64,000 bases of DNA from Aulosira sp. ZfuVER01 (GTDB lineage: Bacteria; Cyanobacteriota; Cyanobacteriia; Cyanobacteriales; Nostocaceae). Both the position numbers and the translations under genes were made by a program. Positions 1 to 8,996 of this stretch are shown in pieces; the stretch's first letter is position 1; each line of letters starts with the position of its first letter. Where the stretch lies: NCBI GenBank assembly GCA_034530615.2, contig JAVRCV020000041.1:96001-160000 (forward strand). Reading direction: 5' to 3'. A model generated the notes under the pieces. The model worked only from the letters and a program-made list of their open reading frames with translations. It did no database searches and was not told the DNA's origin.

Positions 1-405
1 GTATTAATTTAAAATGAATTTCTCTATCAATTGGGTCACGGTTTTTAAGTTGTAGATGGGCTTGCTAAATAATTTGGACTGTATCAGAATTAAAAGCCCT
101 CGATCTGAACCGATGATCTCAATAGGTATTGGAAACAAAAGGAACTAGAAGCAGTAAACGTAGCTTTTTAAGAAACGGTGATGCGATCAATACAAGCACT
201 CAGGTTTTTTCACAATCGGAACATCAGGGTGGGATTTGGCTATGAATACACAACTTACGGATGGAATACTGAGCAAATGCTGATGTATTAAGTGTGTTGA
301 TTGCGATCGCTCTACTAAAAAGTTTGTGTAAAGGATGTTAAGCAAGACACTTCATAAGTATGTAATTTAACTCCCCTGCGACAATAAAAATTGCGGCTAA
401 AGTTG

Positions 406-642
406 TTAAACAGCAGGACGAACATTTCCGTAATATTCCATTAACTCTCTGCGCCCACTACCGCGATGCGGTGTAGGTTTTTCGGGTTGATTGGGCTTTG
501 GCTTAGGCCTGGTCGAGAGTAGCTGTTCTGAAGCCGAGGAGGCCAGCAACAGATGAGATACGCGATTGACCATTGCTTGATAGTCAAAAACTAAGGTAGC
601 CATTACCAGGCTTGAGGCTAAAAGTGAAATGACAGCACGCAT
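406..642 (-). CDS. patX: PatX-like heterocyst-inhibiting signalling peptide precursor
   Basis: 78 aa; hydrophobic N-terminus, Pro-rich linker (PKPKPNQPEKPTP), then HRGSGRR (RGSGR encoded at 451-465); lies downstream of an FAD oxidoreductase in the sepJ/hetR neighbourhood, the known patX context. Confidence 0.9.
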   Translation of the reverse strand: MRAVISLLASSLVMATLVFDYQAMVNRVSHLLLASSASEQLLSTRPKPKPNQPEKPTPHRGSGRRELMEYYGNVRPAV

Positions 643-675
643 AGCAAATGTTTATTTTAGAACTCACATATTCAC

Positions 676-705
676 TGCTACTGAGTTTTTATTAGTGCAT
701 CCGGA
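676..705 (-). promoter_or_regulatory. DIF1-type heterocyst-specific promoter upstream of patX
   Basis: TCCGGA at 700-705; on the minus strand it is followed 18 nt later by GTAGCA; about 60 nt upstream of the patX ATG. Confidence 0.7.
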
Positions 706-752
706 CAATTCCCTAAAAAGTATTGTTTTTTACTGAATAAAAATCAACTGTA

Positions 753-2519
753 TTAAACATCGATATGTTCTACTAGTAACCAATTACCAGCAGGGTTTAG
801 GCGACCCCAAACTGTTAGCAATTGCTTATGGTTACAAGCTTGTAGTTGTAAATCGATATGCGATCGCAAGGTCACAAGCTGCCAAATCTTTTGTTGATAA
901 ACTTTTGGTGAAATTACTGTGAATCTGTAATCTTGCCGATCCTGACGATAGAAAGTGCCTTTAAAGCAAGTTTTACTCCGTATTAATACTTGATTGTCTG
1001 TCTGGTGATAATACGGAGGCGATGATGAAGTAGGGCAATTGCCGTTGCAAGGATAGGCTTCTGGATGATTTAAGTAATATGTCTGCCACTGTGACCACTG
1101 AGTATCATAGGGCAACAAATTAAACAATGGCACGACTGCCGCAGGTGCGCGATTATCCTTAAGTAAAGCTGTTTGCAGTGTTTTTATTGGTAAATCTCTC
1201 GGTTGACAATTTAGTTCAATGCATATAGACGCCGCCATTCCAGCGGCTTGTCCAATACCCATCACCACAGGTTGCAATCTAGTTGCTCCATTGGCAATAT
1301 GAGAAACAGAAATATTCTTTTCACAGACTAAAAAACCATCGGTTGCTACTGGAACTAGACAACTGTAGGGAATGGTGAAGGGAGTTCCAGTCCAGCGTCC
1401 TCCCCAACGAATAGATTTAGGTTGGAGTGGAAAGTTGAAGCCAGGGTAGTGGTGATCGTTAGCATAGTTAGCGATCGCGATTGCATCTGTATGTAATAAT
1501 CCCACCTGACCCCCAGCGACAGGCAAAATATCCTGTTCTGTGACAGTTGAGATTCCCACTAAGCGGCGACTTTCCCGGTAGTAGGGATGTAGTGCAAAAG
1601 CTGTAGGAGAATGGGGAAACACCTGAGTAGCCAAGCCGTAGCGCCGTCCAAGCTGTTTTTGAATAAAATGGGCGAAATTTTGGCTATGCCAGCGAGATTC
1701 CTGAATAAATTCATCTCTCTTGCTCTTTGACTCTAATAGCCGCCCTAAGCCTTCGCCGTAGTCATTACCACAGATAGGCCAATTCATCATCAATAGACCG
1801 CCTGGTAAGCGGCCGTAATTCAAAAATTGCTCTGCGCCATAGCCATCCCAAGCACCTGTAAATAGAGATGGATCGTAGTTAGGGGCTGGAGGGATTTCTG
1901 GAGCTATATCTGCATCAAAATCCTGCATCAGCACCACCCCAGTAGGTGCTTGTACGGGATATTTCTCTGTGAGATGATTGGCGCTTTCTGGCGCGCTAGG
2001 TTCTCCCCATTGCGATCGCCATTCCCAGCCCCAACGATAAGGTATCTCAGCCAAAGCCAATAAATCGCCTAATTCTGTAGCGTCGAGACTAATCTTGGCT
2101 TTGACAATAAAATTACTAAACCGAACACCAGTTACACAACTTCCCTGACGGAAAACCTCTAAGGGAACTTCTCCGTCAATCCAATGCAGATTTGGTAATT
2201 CCTTAACCCAATCTGCAAAAATCTTCGCCCCAATCCGCGGATCGAAACTAAAAAAGCTGACCCAGCTATGATCTAAACCGCCTGGCTGACGCTGCTGTAA
2301 TTCTCGTAAAAACTCACCCCATAAACCCGTGTGAAAAGCTTCTAATTCATTCCCATCGGGAACAGAGACTCCGGCTGAGGTTAACATTCCCCCCAACCAA
2401 GAAAACTCACTCACCAGAATCGTTTTCGCGCCCCGTCGCGCCGCTTGAATCGCCGCCGCCGTACCACCAACTCCTCCACCCACAACTAAAACATCAGTTT
2501 GATATGTCTGATTCAGCAT
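753..2519 (-). CDS. FAD-dependent oxidoreductase
   Basis: N-terminal DVLVVGGGVGGTAAA dinucleotide-binding motif, DATELGDL, RESRRL; 588 aa. Confidence 0.85.
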   Translation of the reverse strand: MLNQTYQTDVLVVGGGVGGTAAAIQAARRGAKTILVSEFSWLGGMLTSAGVSVPDGNELEAFHTGLWGEFLRELQQRQPGGLDHSWVSFFSFDPRIGAKIFADWVKELPNLHWIDGEVPLEVFRQGSCVTGVRFSNFIVKAKISLDATELGDLLALAEIPYRWGWEWRSQWGEPSAPESANHLTEKYPVQAPTGVVLMQDFDADIAPEIPPAPNYDPSLFTGAWDGYGAEQFLNYGRLPGGLLMMNWPICGNDYGEGLGRLLESKSKRDEFIQESRWHSQNFAHFIQKQLGRRYGLATQVFPHSPTAFALHPYYRESRRLVGISTVTEQDILPVAGGQVGLLHTDAIAIANYANDHHYPGFNFPLQPKSIRWGGRWTGTPFTIPYSCLVPVATDGFLVCEKNISVSHIANGATRLQPVVMGIGQAAGMAASICIELNCQPRDLPIKTLQTALLKDNRAPAAVVPLFNLLPYDTQWSQWQTYYLNHPEAYPCNGNCPTSSSPPYYHQTDNQVLIRSKTCFKGTFYRQDRQDYRFTVISPKVYQQKIWQLVTLRSHIDLQLQACNHKQLLTVWGRLNPAGNWLLVEHIDV

Positions 2520-2744
2520 CTATTAACCCTGACTGGAATTAGGACATATTTAGGAATTACCCAAGTGTCATATTTTTTTCGCAGAGGTTTTTAACCCTCA
2601 CAACGAAAGATATATGTGCCAGTTGCGTAAGTCCTGATATTTTTACCAGTTGGGCGGACATTAGACAAGAGAATTTTTGATTTCGGATATTTCGTTTATG
2701 TAGTATGTAATATATGAGAGTAGCGATCGCTCACCAAAAATATC

Positions 2745-3212
2745 ATGTTCCAGCGAAACCGACCTCTAGATTTAGTCATACCTTCAGAGCAAGAAACCTA
2801 GTCGATCAAAGAACTAGAACGCATATTAAAAGTTGCAGGTTCTCAAGCAAAACTCGTAGGAGCTAATGGAGAACAAATCCCAATTCCGGAATCTGTTTAT
2901 CAAGCCTTGTGTAAAGTTGTCCATACAATGGCATTAGGTCAGGCTGTAGCTGTAGTCCCCGAAGAGAGAGAACTGACAACACAACAAGCCGCTAATTTTC
3001 TCAACGTGTCACGCCCCTATTTAATTAAGTTATTAGAACAAGGGGAAATTCCTTACATTCAGGTTGGTTCCCATCGCCGTGTGCTTTTCGATGATTTGAA
3101 GAAGTATAAACAGCAGCGAGATACTGAGCGTCAGCAAGGACTAAAAGAATTAACTCAGTTTTTTGAAGAAGAGGGGTTATACGCTGAAGAGGCTGGTGAA
3201 TTGAATCAGTAA
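2745..3212 (+). pseudogene. Excisionase-like (HTH_17) DNA-binding protein interrupted by an in-frame stop
   Basis: ATG 2745 is in frame with the 2907-3212 ORF but TAG at 2799-2801 interrupts it; C-terminal half has ELTTQQAANFLNVSRPYLIKLLEQGEIPY..VGSHRRV. Confidence 0.7.
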
Positions 3213-3283
3213 TCTCAAATCTGATAGCTTAACTTTGACCAGTAAATGTTACATCTAATAACGTTGAGAGGTGAAAAATCAAC

Positions 3284-4330
3284 GTGAAAGCACAGGTATT
3301 TAGAGGCGTCAATCAACTTTCCTACGAAGAGATCCCAGTACCAACTCTGGAACCGGATGAAGTGCTGGTACAGGTACGGGTGGTAGGGTTGTGTCAATCA
3401 GATATAAAAAAAATTCGTTATCCCCTTTACGAACCGCCGCGTATTTTTGGACATGAAACGGCGGGAACGATCGCATCTGTGGGTTCTGGGGTCAAAAATT
3501 GGCAAGTGGGACAAAGGGTGGCGGTAATGCACCACATCCCCTGTATGCGTTGTGCCTACTGCCTCAATGAAAATTATTCCATGTGTGATGTCTATAAAAA
3601 CATCTCCACGACTGCGGGATTTAACGCTAGTGGCGGCGGTTTTGCTGAATATGTCAAAGTACCAGGTCATATTGTGCAAAATGGCGGTTTAATTCCCATC
3701 CCTGACGATATAAGTTTTGAAGAAGCGAGTTTTGTAGAACCGACTAACTGCTGCTTAAAGGCAGTGAAAAAAGCGCAAATTGCACCTGGACAAACAGTAT
3801 TGGTAACTGGTGCGGGGCCGATTGGGTTAATGTTCATCATGTTGGTGAAGTATTTCGGAGCCAGAGCGATCGCTACCGATTTACTACCCTCTAGAATTGA
3901 AAAAGCTTTGAATGTTGGCGCAGAAGCCGCTTTTGACGCCCGCGATCCCGATTTAGCAGCCAAAATCCATGCTATTACTGATGGGTTGGGTGTTGATGTT
4001 ACCTTACTAGCTGTCCCTAGCGATAAAGCTTTCTTTCAGGCTTTGGACTGTACTCGTAAAGGTGGCAAAATCCTCTTTTTCGCGGAGTTCCCCGATGAAG
4101 TGTCAATTCCCATTAACCCTAATCTCCTTTACCGCCGGGAAATCGACTTGATGGGCAGTTATAGTTCATCCTATCGCCTGCAAAATCTCTCAGCGGACAT
4201 TGTATTTAATCGCCGCATTAATGTAGAAGCGTTAATTAGCGATCGCTATCCCTTACAAGATTTATCAAAAGCTGTGGATCAAGCGATCGCTCCCACAGCA
4301 GAAACATACAAAATTTTGATTTATCCATAA
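3284..4330 (+). CDS. Zinc-dependent alcohol/sorbitol dehydrogenase family (MDR)
   Basis: GLCQSD, GHE, CxxCxxCx7C structural Zn site, GAGPIG. Confidence 0.9.
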   Translation: MKAQVFRGVNQLSYEEIPVPTLEPDEVLVQVRVVGLCQSDIKKIRYPLYEPPRIFGHETAGTIASVGSGVKNWQVGQRVAVMHHIPCMRCAYCLNENYSMCDVYKNISTTAGFNASGGGFAEYVKVPGHIVQNGGLIPIPDDISFEEASFVEPTNCCLKAVKKAQIAPGQTVLVTGAGPIGLMFIMLVKYFGARAIATDLLPSRIEKALNVGAEAAFDARDPDLAAKIHAITDGLGVDVTLLAVPSDKAFFQALDCTRKGGKILFFAEFPDEVSIPINPNLLYRREIDLMGSYSSSYRLQNLSADIVFNRRINVEALISDRYPLQDLSKAVDQAIAPTAETYKILIYP

Positions 4331-4361
4331 TAACTGGGCATTGGGCATTTCTTCCTTGTCA

Positions 4362-4406
4362 ACGCCACTTGCTACAACGCGGGGAACCCGCGCAACGCAG
4401 TGGCTC
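4362..4406 (+). repeat. Short dispersed hairpin repeat (Nostocales SDR-like), copy 1
   Basis: ACGCCACTTGCTACAACGCGGGGAACCCGCGCAACGCAGTGGCTC; related copies at 25281, 26437 and 44772. Confidence 0.7.
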
Positions 4407-4458
4407 CTCCTTGTCCCCCCTGTCCCATTTCTCCCCACCCTCTCCCAGACTACCCAAA

Positions 4459-5724
4459 ATGCCCATCACTCTTGCACTAGTCGCCCTACTTGCTTTCTAC
4501 GTAGCCTTTAACCTTGGTGCTAACGATGTTGCTAATGCAATGGGAACTTCTGTCGGTTCCAAAGCTGTTACTTTGACACAGGCGTTAATCATTGCTGGGA
4601 CGTTAGAGTTTGCAGGTGCGGTATTGTTTGGGCATGAGGTAACGGAAACCCTAGCCACGAAAGTTGCTAATCCTGCTTTATTTGCTGCTACACCCCAAAT
4701 CTTAGTTATGGGGATGGTAACGGTGTTACTAGCCGCTGGAGTTTGGCTGCAAATTGCCACATCACGGGGCTTGCCTGTATCCTCATCTCATGCAGTGGTG
4801 GGTGCGATCGCCGGATTTAGTTGGGTGGCTTTGGGAGTCGGTGCAATTGATTGGTCATCCATTGGCTCAATTACTATTGGCTGGATTTTAACCCCTGTAA
4901 TTAGTGGTGCGATCGCTGCTCTCTTCTACAGTCAAATCAAACGCTGGATTTTAGAGCAGCCTAATCAATTGGTGCAGTTAAATGAGTGGCTTCCTTGGTT
5001 GAGTGCTTTACTTCTGGGGATATTTGGCGTGATTGTCCTCCCATCCCTGACTCAACCTCTGACAAATTTTTTAATTGACCGAGTTGGGATAAATATACCC
5101 AGTTACGATATTCCTTTATTCACAGGTGCAGTAGCAGCAGTTGGACTGACTGTTTATAGCTGGCAACAATTAGATAACAGTAAAATTCAAAATCTTAACT
5201 CCAAAATCCAAAATCCAACTGAGCGCATATTTGGGCGCTTTCAACTGCTGAGTGCTTGCTTTGTCGCCTTTGCTCATGGTTCTAATGATGTGGGGAATGC
5301 GATCGCTCCTTTAGCTGCGATCGTCTACATTAATCGTACTGGTAGCGTACCCATAGATGGCATTACCATACCCTTATGGATTTTAATCCTGGGTGGTGTG
5401 GGTATTGTGGGGGGTTTAGCCATCTGGGGTAAAAAAGTAATTGCCACCATTGGCGAAAATATTATTGCCTTGCAACCGAGTAGTGGATTTTGTGCCGAAC
5501 TCGCAACCGCCACGACTATCTTACTCGCCTCCCGTCTCGGCTTACCTGTATCTACTTCCCACGCTCTTGTTGGTGCTGTGGTTGGCATTGGACTGGTGCA
5601 AAATCTTAAGTCAATTCAATTTCAAACTCTTAAGGGGATCGCGGCTGCATGGCTAATTACGGTTCCTGCCAGTGCCATCCTCAGTGCTGCTATCTTTAGT
5701 ATTGCCAAGATATTTTTGCTGTAA
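4459..5724 (+). CDS. Inorganic phosphate transporter, PiT family
   Basis: GANDVANAMGT and HGSNDVGNAI signature motifs; many TM helices; ATG 4459 preferred over the TTG lying in the upstream repeat. Confidence 0.9.
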   Translation: MPITLALVALLAFYVAFNLGANDVANAMGTSVGSKAVTLTQALIIAGTLEFAGAVLFGHEVTETLATKVANPALFAATPQILVMGMVTVLLAAGVWLQIATSRGLPVSSSHAVVGAIAGFSWVALGVGAIDWSSIGSITIGWILTPVISGAIAALFYSQIKRWILEQPNQLVQLNEWLPWLSALLLGIFGVIVLPSLTQPLTNFLIDRVGINIPSYDIPLFTGAVAAVGLTVYSWQQLDNSKIQNLNSKIQNPTERIFGRFQLLSACFVAFAHGSNDVGNAIAPLAAIVYINRTGSVPIDGITIPLWILILGGVGIVGGLAIWGKKVIATIGENIIALQPSSGFCAELATATTILLASRLGLPVSTSHALVGAVVGIGLVQNLKSIQFQTLKGIAAAWLITVPASAILSAAIFSIAKIFLL

Positions 5725-5837
5725 AAATTACAATTGTAAAGGTTCTTTTATCCTAAAATTACACTAACCATAAACAGATTTATACAATTCAAATTTCTGC
5801 GATCAATTCCTACATAAATGATTTTTTGGCATCTACC

Positions 5838-5882
5838 ATAAATAGATAGGTCTTATTGGCAAAACTAGACCTATCTATTTAT
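5838..5882. terminator. Perfect 16-bp inverted repeat between convergent genes, likely bidirectional terminator
   Basis: ATAAATAGATAGGTCT (5838-5853) / AGACCTATCTATTTAT (5867-5882). Confidence 0.6.
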
Positions 5883-6003
5883 TTTAGAGCATTAATTGCT
5901 GCATTCTTCATCTCATAAGCTTTTTAGCTTATTTTATTGCCCTGTTAAAGATAGAAGCTGATCGATGATTCAGCTTCATTAGAGCAAATTTGAATTAGCT
6001 TAA

Positions 6004-6717
6004 TTAATGTGTATCAGCTATGTGGTTTATCGATGAAGTAAGACTAACATTTGATGAATTTTCTTTTGCAAGTTGTTTTCTTGCTAGTGACAATGCTTGA
6101 TAAGCTGTATTCAATTTTTTTTGGTCCTTAATATTCTTTTCATAACGCTGTAAATAAGCCTCAAGATATCTAATGCGTAAATGCAGATTATCTGTATTCT
6201 GCATGAAAGGAAGATCTGCTTCAGTCATGCAACGGATAACCAGCAAGGGAATAGGGCTGCGCAGTGGACGAAAGTTTGGATTATGTAGACCTGGACTTTC
6301 TGTACGTTTGTGGAATTCTCCTAACATCAGACCTGCATCGACAAAGAAAGGCTTAAGTTTTGCTTGAACAACATCAATTATTTTGGAAGCATCGTCTATA
6401 TTAACATCAGGAAAAACGAATACTATTGCTTTGTTTAGCATAGCTGGCCACTCTTTTGGTTCTAACTCCAAAAAAGTATTTAGGTGAGGTAAAACAATGT
6501 CTGCAATTTGCTGTATATCCAAATCTTTCGCACGAATAACTCTCAGCAAAATGCTATTTAACTTCATGGAAGGAGGAACATAAGGACAAACTGGACCAGG
6601 CCTACCTACATCTGCGTGAGGTTTTGCCACAAAATTTTTCAGCCACTCTGTGATTTCAATAAAATAGGGAAGGTCTTGTTGTAACTGCTCAATCTCATTC
6701 AGTGTGTATAGTTGCAT
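6004..6717 (-). CDS. DUF6875-like protein of unknown function
   Basis: WLKNFVAKPH.DVGRPGPVCPYV and GLMLGEFH...PGLHNPNFRPLRSPIPLLVIR motifs; ATG 6717 is the probable start. Confidence 0.7.
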   Translation of the reverse strand: MQLYTLNEIEQLQQDLPYFIEITEWLKNFVAKPHADVGRPGPVCPYVPPSMKLNSILLRVIRAKDLDIQQIADIVLPHLNTFLELEPKEWPAMLNKAIVFVFPDVNIDDASKIIDVVQAKLKPFFVDAGLMLGEFHKRTESPGLHNPNFRPLRSPIPLLVIRCMTEADLPFMQNTDNLHLRIRYLEAYLQRYEKNIKDQKKLNTAYQALSLARKQLAKENSSNVSLTSSINHIADTH

Positions 6718-7529
6718 CGTGTTCAAATTCTTTTTGTATTGTTTTCGTTGACGAAAAATAGCCAGGTGAATTTTCACCAGACAGGCAGAATTTAAACCAC
6801 GTCTATCTTGAAATTATTAGTTTTTTATAATAAAATTACAAGTCTACAATTGAACCTACAAACGAATAATATACTTTTTAAAAAACTACAAATTTCATGA
6901 TGGACAAGGTTTAGGCTTTTTTTTGCTTGCGTTTTTTTAGCTTTTATCACCTCCACTATTTATATAAATAAATGCTTAAATAAATGCTGCAATAATCGTA
7001 ATTTTCAAGATTTATTACAGCAAAAATATATGAGAAATCGATGTCTTGAAAAGACAATCATTCTCCTAATTTCTCTATATTTTTATTAATTAAAAGATTC
7101 TAAAATATCCTCAATTAATGTAACATAAACAATATTAATGATTTTTCATTTTTTGGATAATTAAATATTTTGTATTTAAGAATTTCCTAGATAAATATAC
7201 ACAGTTTTATGTTTATACTGCTTTTTTTAAAGTAAATTTTATGTATTTTTAAAATACCAAGTTCTCTCTTAAAGATTATCTAAATTATTACGTGTAGCAC
7301 TAGTTTTTATATACAAAGTATGTATGGCATTTTCCAATAATGTTCTTATCCACGTTTCAAGGCATGACTCGCTACAATATTTTGAGATCGCAGTGAGTCA
7401 TGGGGCTTTGTTAGATGATCCCAAAGAAAGTGCGATCGCTAAAGGTTATTTTAAGTAGTGTAGCTTTCAGTAAATAGGAATATTTTTCAAGAGAGTGAAC
7501 CTCAAGATTTTGTAACTCGTAAGCAGGGA

Positions 7530-7680
7530 TATAGGATTCATATTTGATTTTTGAAATACACGTAGGGTGTGTTGTCGCGTAGCGCAACGCACCAAGGTCT
7601 AGAATTCGGTGCGTTACACTTCGTGATAACGCACCCTACACATACTTAAATTTTTTCAGTAATCAAATCGGATTCCTATA
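7530..7680. mobile_element. MITE-like element with terminal inverted repeats enclosing an inverted REP pair
   Basis: TATAGGATTCATATTTGATT / AATCAAATCGGATTCCTATA termini; internal GTAGGGTG..CAACGCACC and GGTGCGTTA..TAACGCACCCTAC. Confidence 0.65.
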
Positions 7681-7886
7681 GATTAATTTTAGTTATGCTT
7701 AAGTAAATTTCAAAACTGTTCACTTTATAGCATATCAATACCTTCAAAAACTTGAGCTATAATGACGACATTTCTTTAAACAAAAAAATTTTATTATAAA
7801 TTAAATTTATACAGCAATTACAAATCATTGATTTTTTAGAACATTACTATTAGATAAGTTGCCATTATCTAAATTAAAGATTTTTG

Positions 7887-8085
7887 AAAAAGGCAGGAGG
7901 CAGAGGGCAGAGGACAGAAGGTTGCAATTAATTGTCAGGGGATTCAAACCCCCACCAATTGCTAACCACCAAATCAGAGATTGTGGTGGGTAACTCAGAC
8001 TATTGCTCCCTTTCAGTCGCGGCACGGAGCTTTATGGATGGGCAAAAGTTCCTTCTGTCTCCTGCCTCCTGCCCGCTGCCTTTTT
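7887..8085. repeat. Inverted GGCAGAG-type heptamer arrays flanking a hairpin-rich core (MITE-like)
   Basis: AAAAAGGCAGGAGGCAGAGGGCAGAGGACAGAAGG ... CCTTCTGTCTCCTGCCTCCTGCCCGCTGCCTTTTT with internal GGGGATTCAAACCCC and ACCACC..GTGGTGG hairpins. Confidence 0.55.
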
Positions 8086-8996
8086 TAGTTGATTGGCGAA
8101 GATTAATTCTAATTTTCTCAAAAAGATAAGTCAGGGTTTAAATTCGTTTTAAACTAATATTTATTACTAAATCGATTAGTGCCAAGTGTGTTGTTTATCT
8201 GAACTAGCGATCGCACCATACTTTGCAACTGTATCTAGACAAAGAATTATTATATTAAATATAACCAATCATTTTAAAATAGATAAAAACATTGAATTTC
8301 TGCTAGAAGCATTATCTGGTTTATCTAAGGTTATTTGACGTTGAACTATATAAAGAAGCTGGTAACATCTCACCTTTGCAAAAATATCAAAAGAAAGTTA
8401 CCATACCATTCGCGAAGCTTTACTCTACGGCATCCACAACTGCTAAATGCGAATTTAAGAACGCTAAAGCCAAAATTTTTTTGCACAATGGCTGGTAATT
8501 CACTAGAATATCTTCCAGAGGTTAGCAATATTCTTAGTTTGCGCAAACCAATAATTTAATCCCGATTACAGATATAAACTGTCGCTTAAGTTACATTCAA
8601 CACGAATTAGTAAGTCTCATCTAAATAATTGAGACAACCTTGTGGTAGCAAAGTATTCATTCACAAGTCTTTAACAATTACTATCTGTACAAAAAGAATA
8701 CGTATTTATTTGGGGTAAGATTTTTTCTCTGCAAAAAATCCTGCTAAAAACATAGATGATTGAAATAAGACTGACAGAATGTTTACCTGTGATGCTGAAC
8801 GAAACACACTTTAATAAGTAATAAGCTAAATTATATGCTTTGCCAACTCTGTGTTCAGCATGACAGAATTACGTTGTTATGCGTAAGTCCTGTTAAAATT
8901 TTTGGTTTATCTGACGAACTCTAGGAAATTAGTATGAACGCCAAGCAGTTACACGGGAAGCAGCTTTATCGTCAAGGTGTTAGAGGTTAAAAGCGA

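Noticed and set aside
4369..4458. N-terminal extension of the PiT transporter in the ORF track
   Set aside because: Derives from SDR/STRR repeat sequence; ATG 4459 is the more plausible start
7825..8559. Short ORFs upstream of sepJ
   Set aside because: They overlap repeat elements or AT-rich promoter DNA and show no recognisable motifs
2624..8891. TGCGTAAGTCCT at 2624 and 8880 as ends of one mobile element
   Set aside because: Same orientation and 6 kb apart around conserved genes; more likely solo remnants of a common miniature repeat
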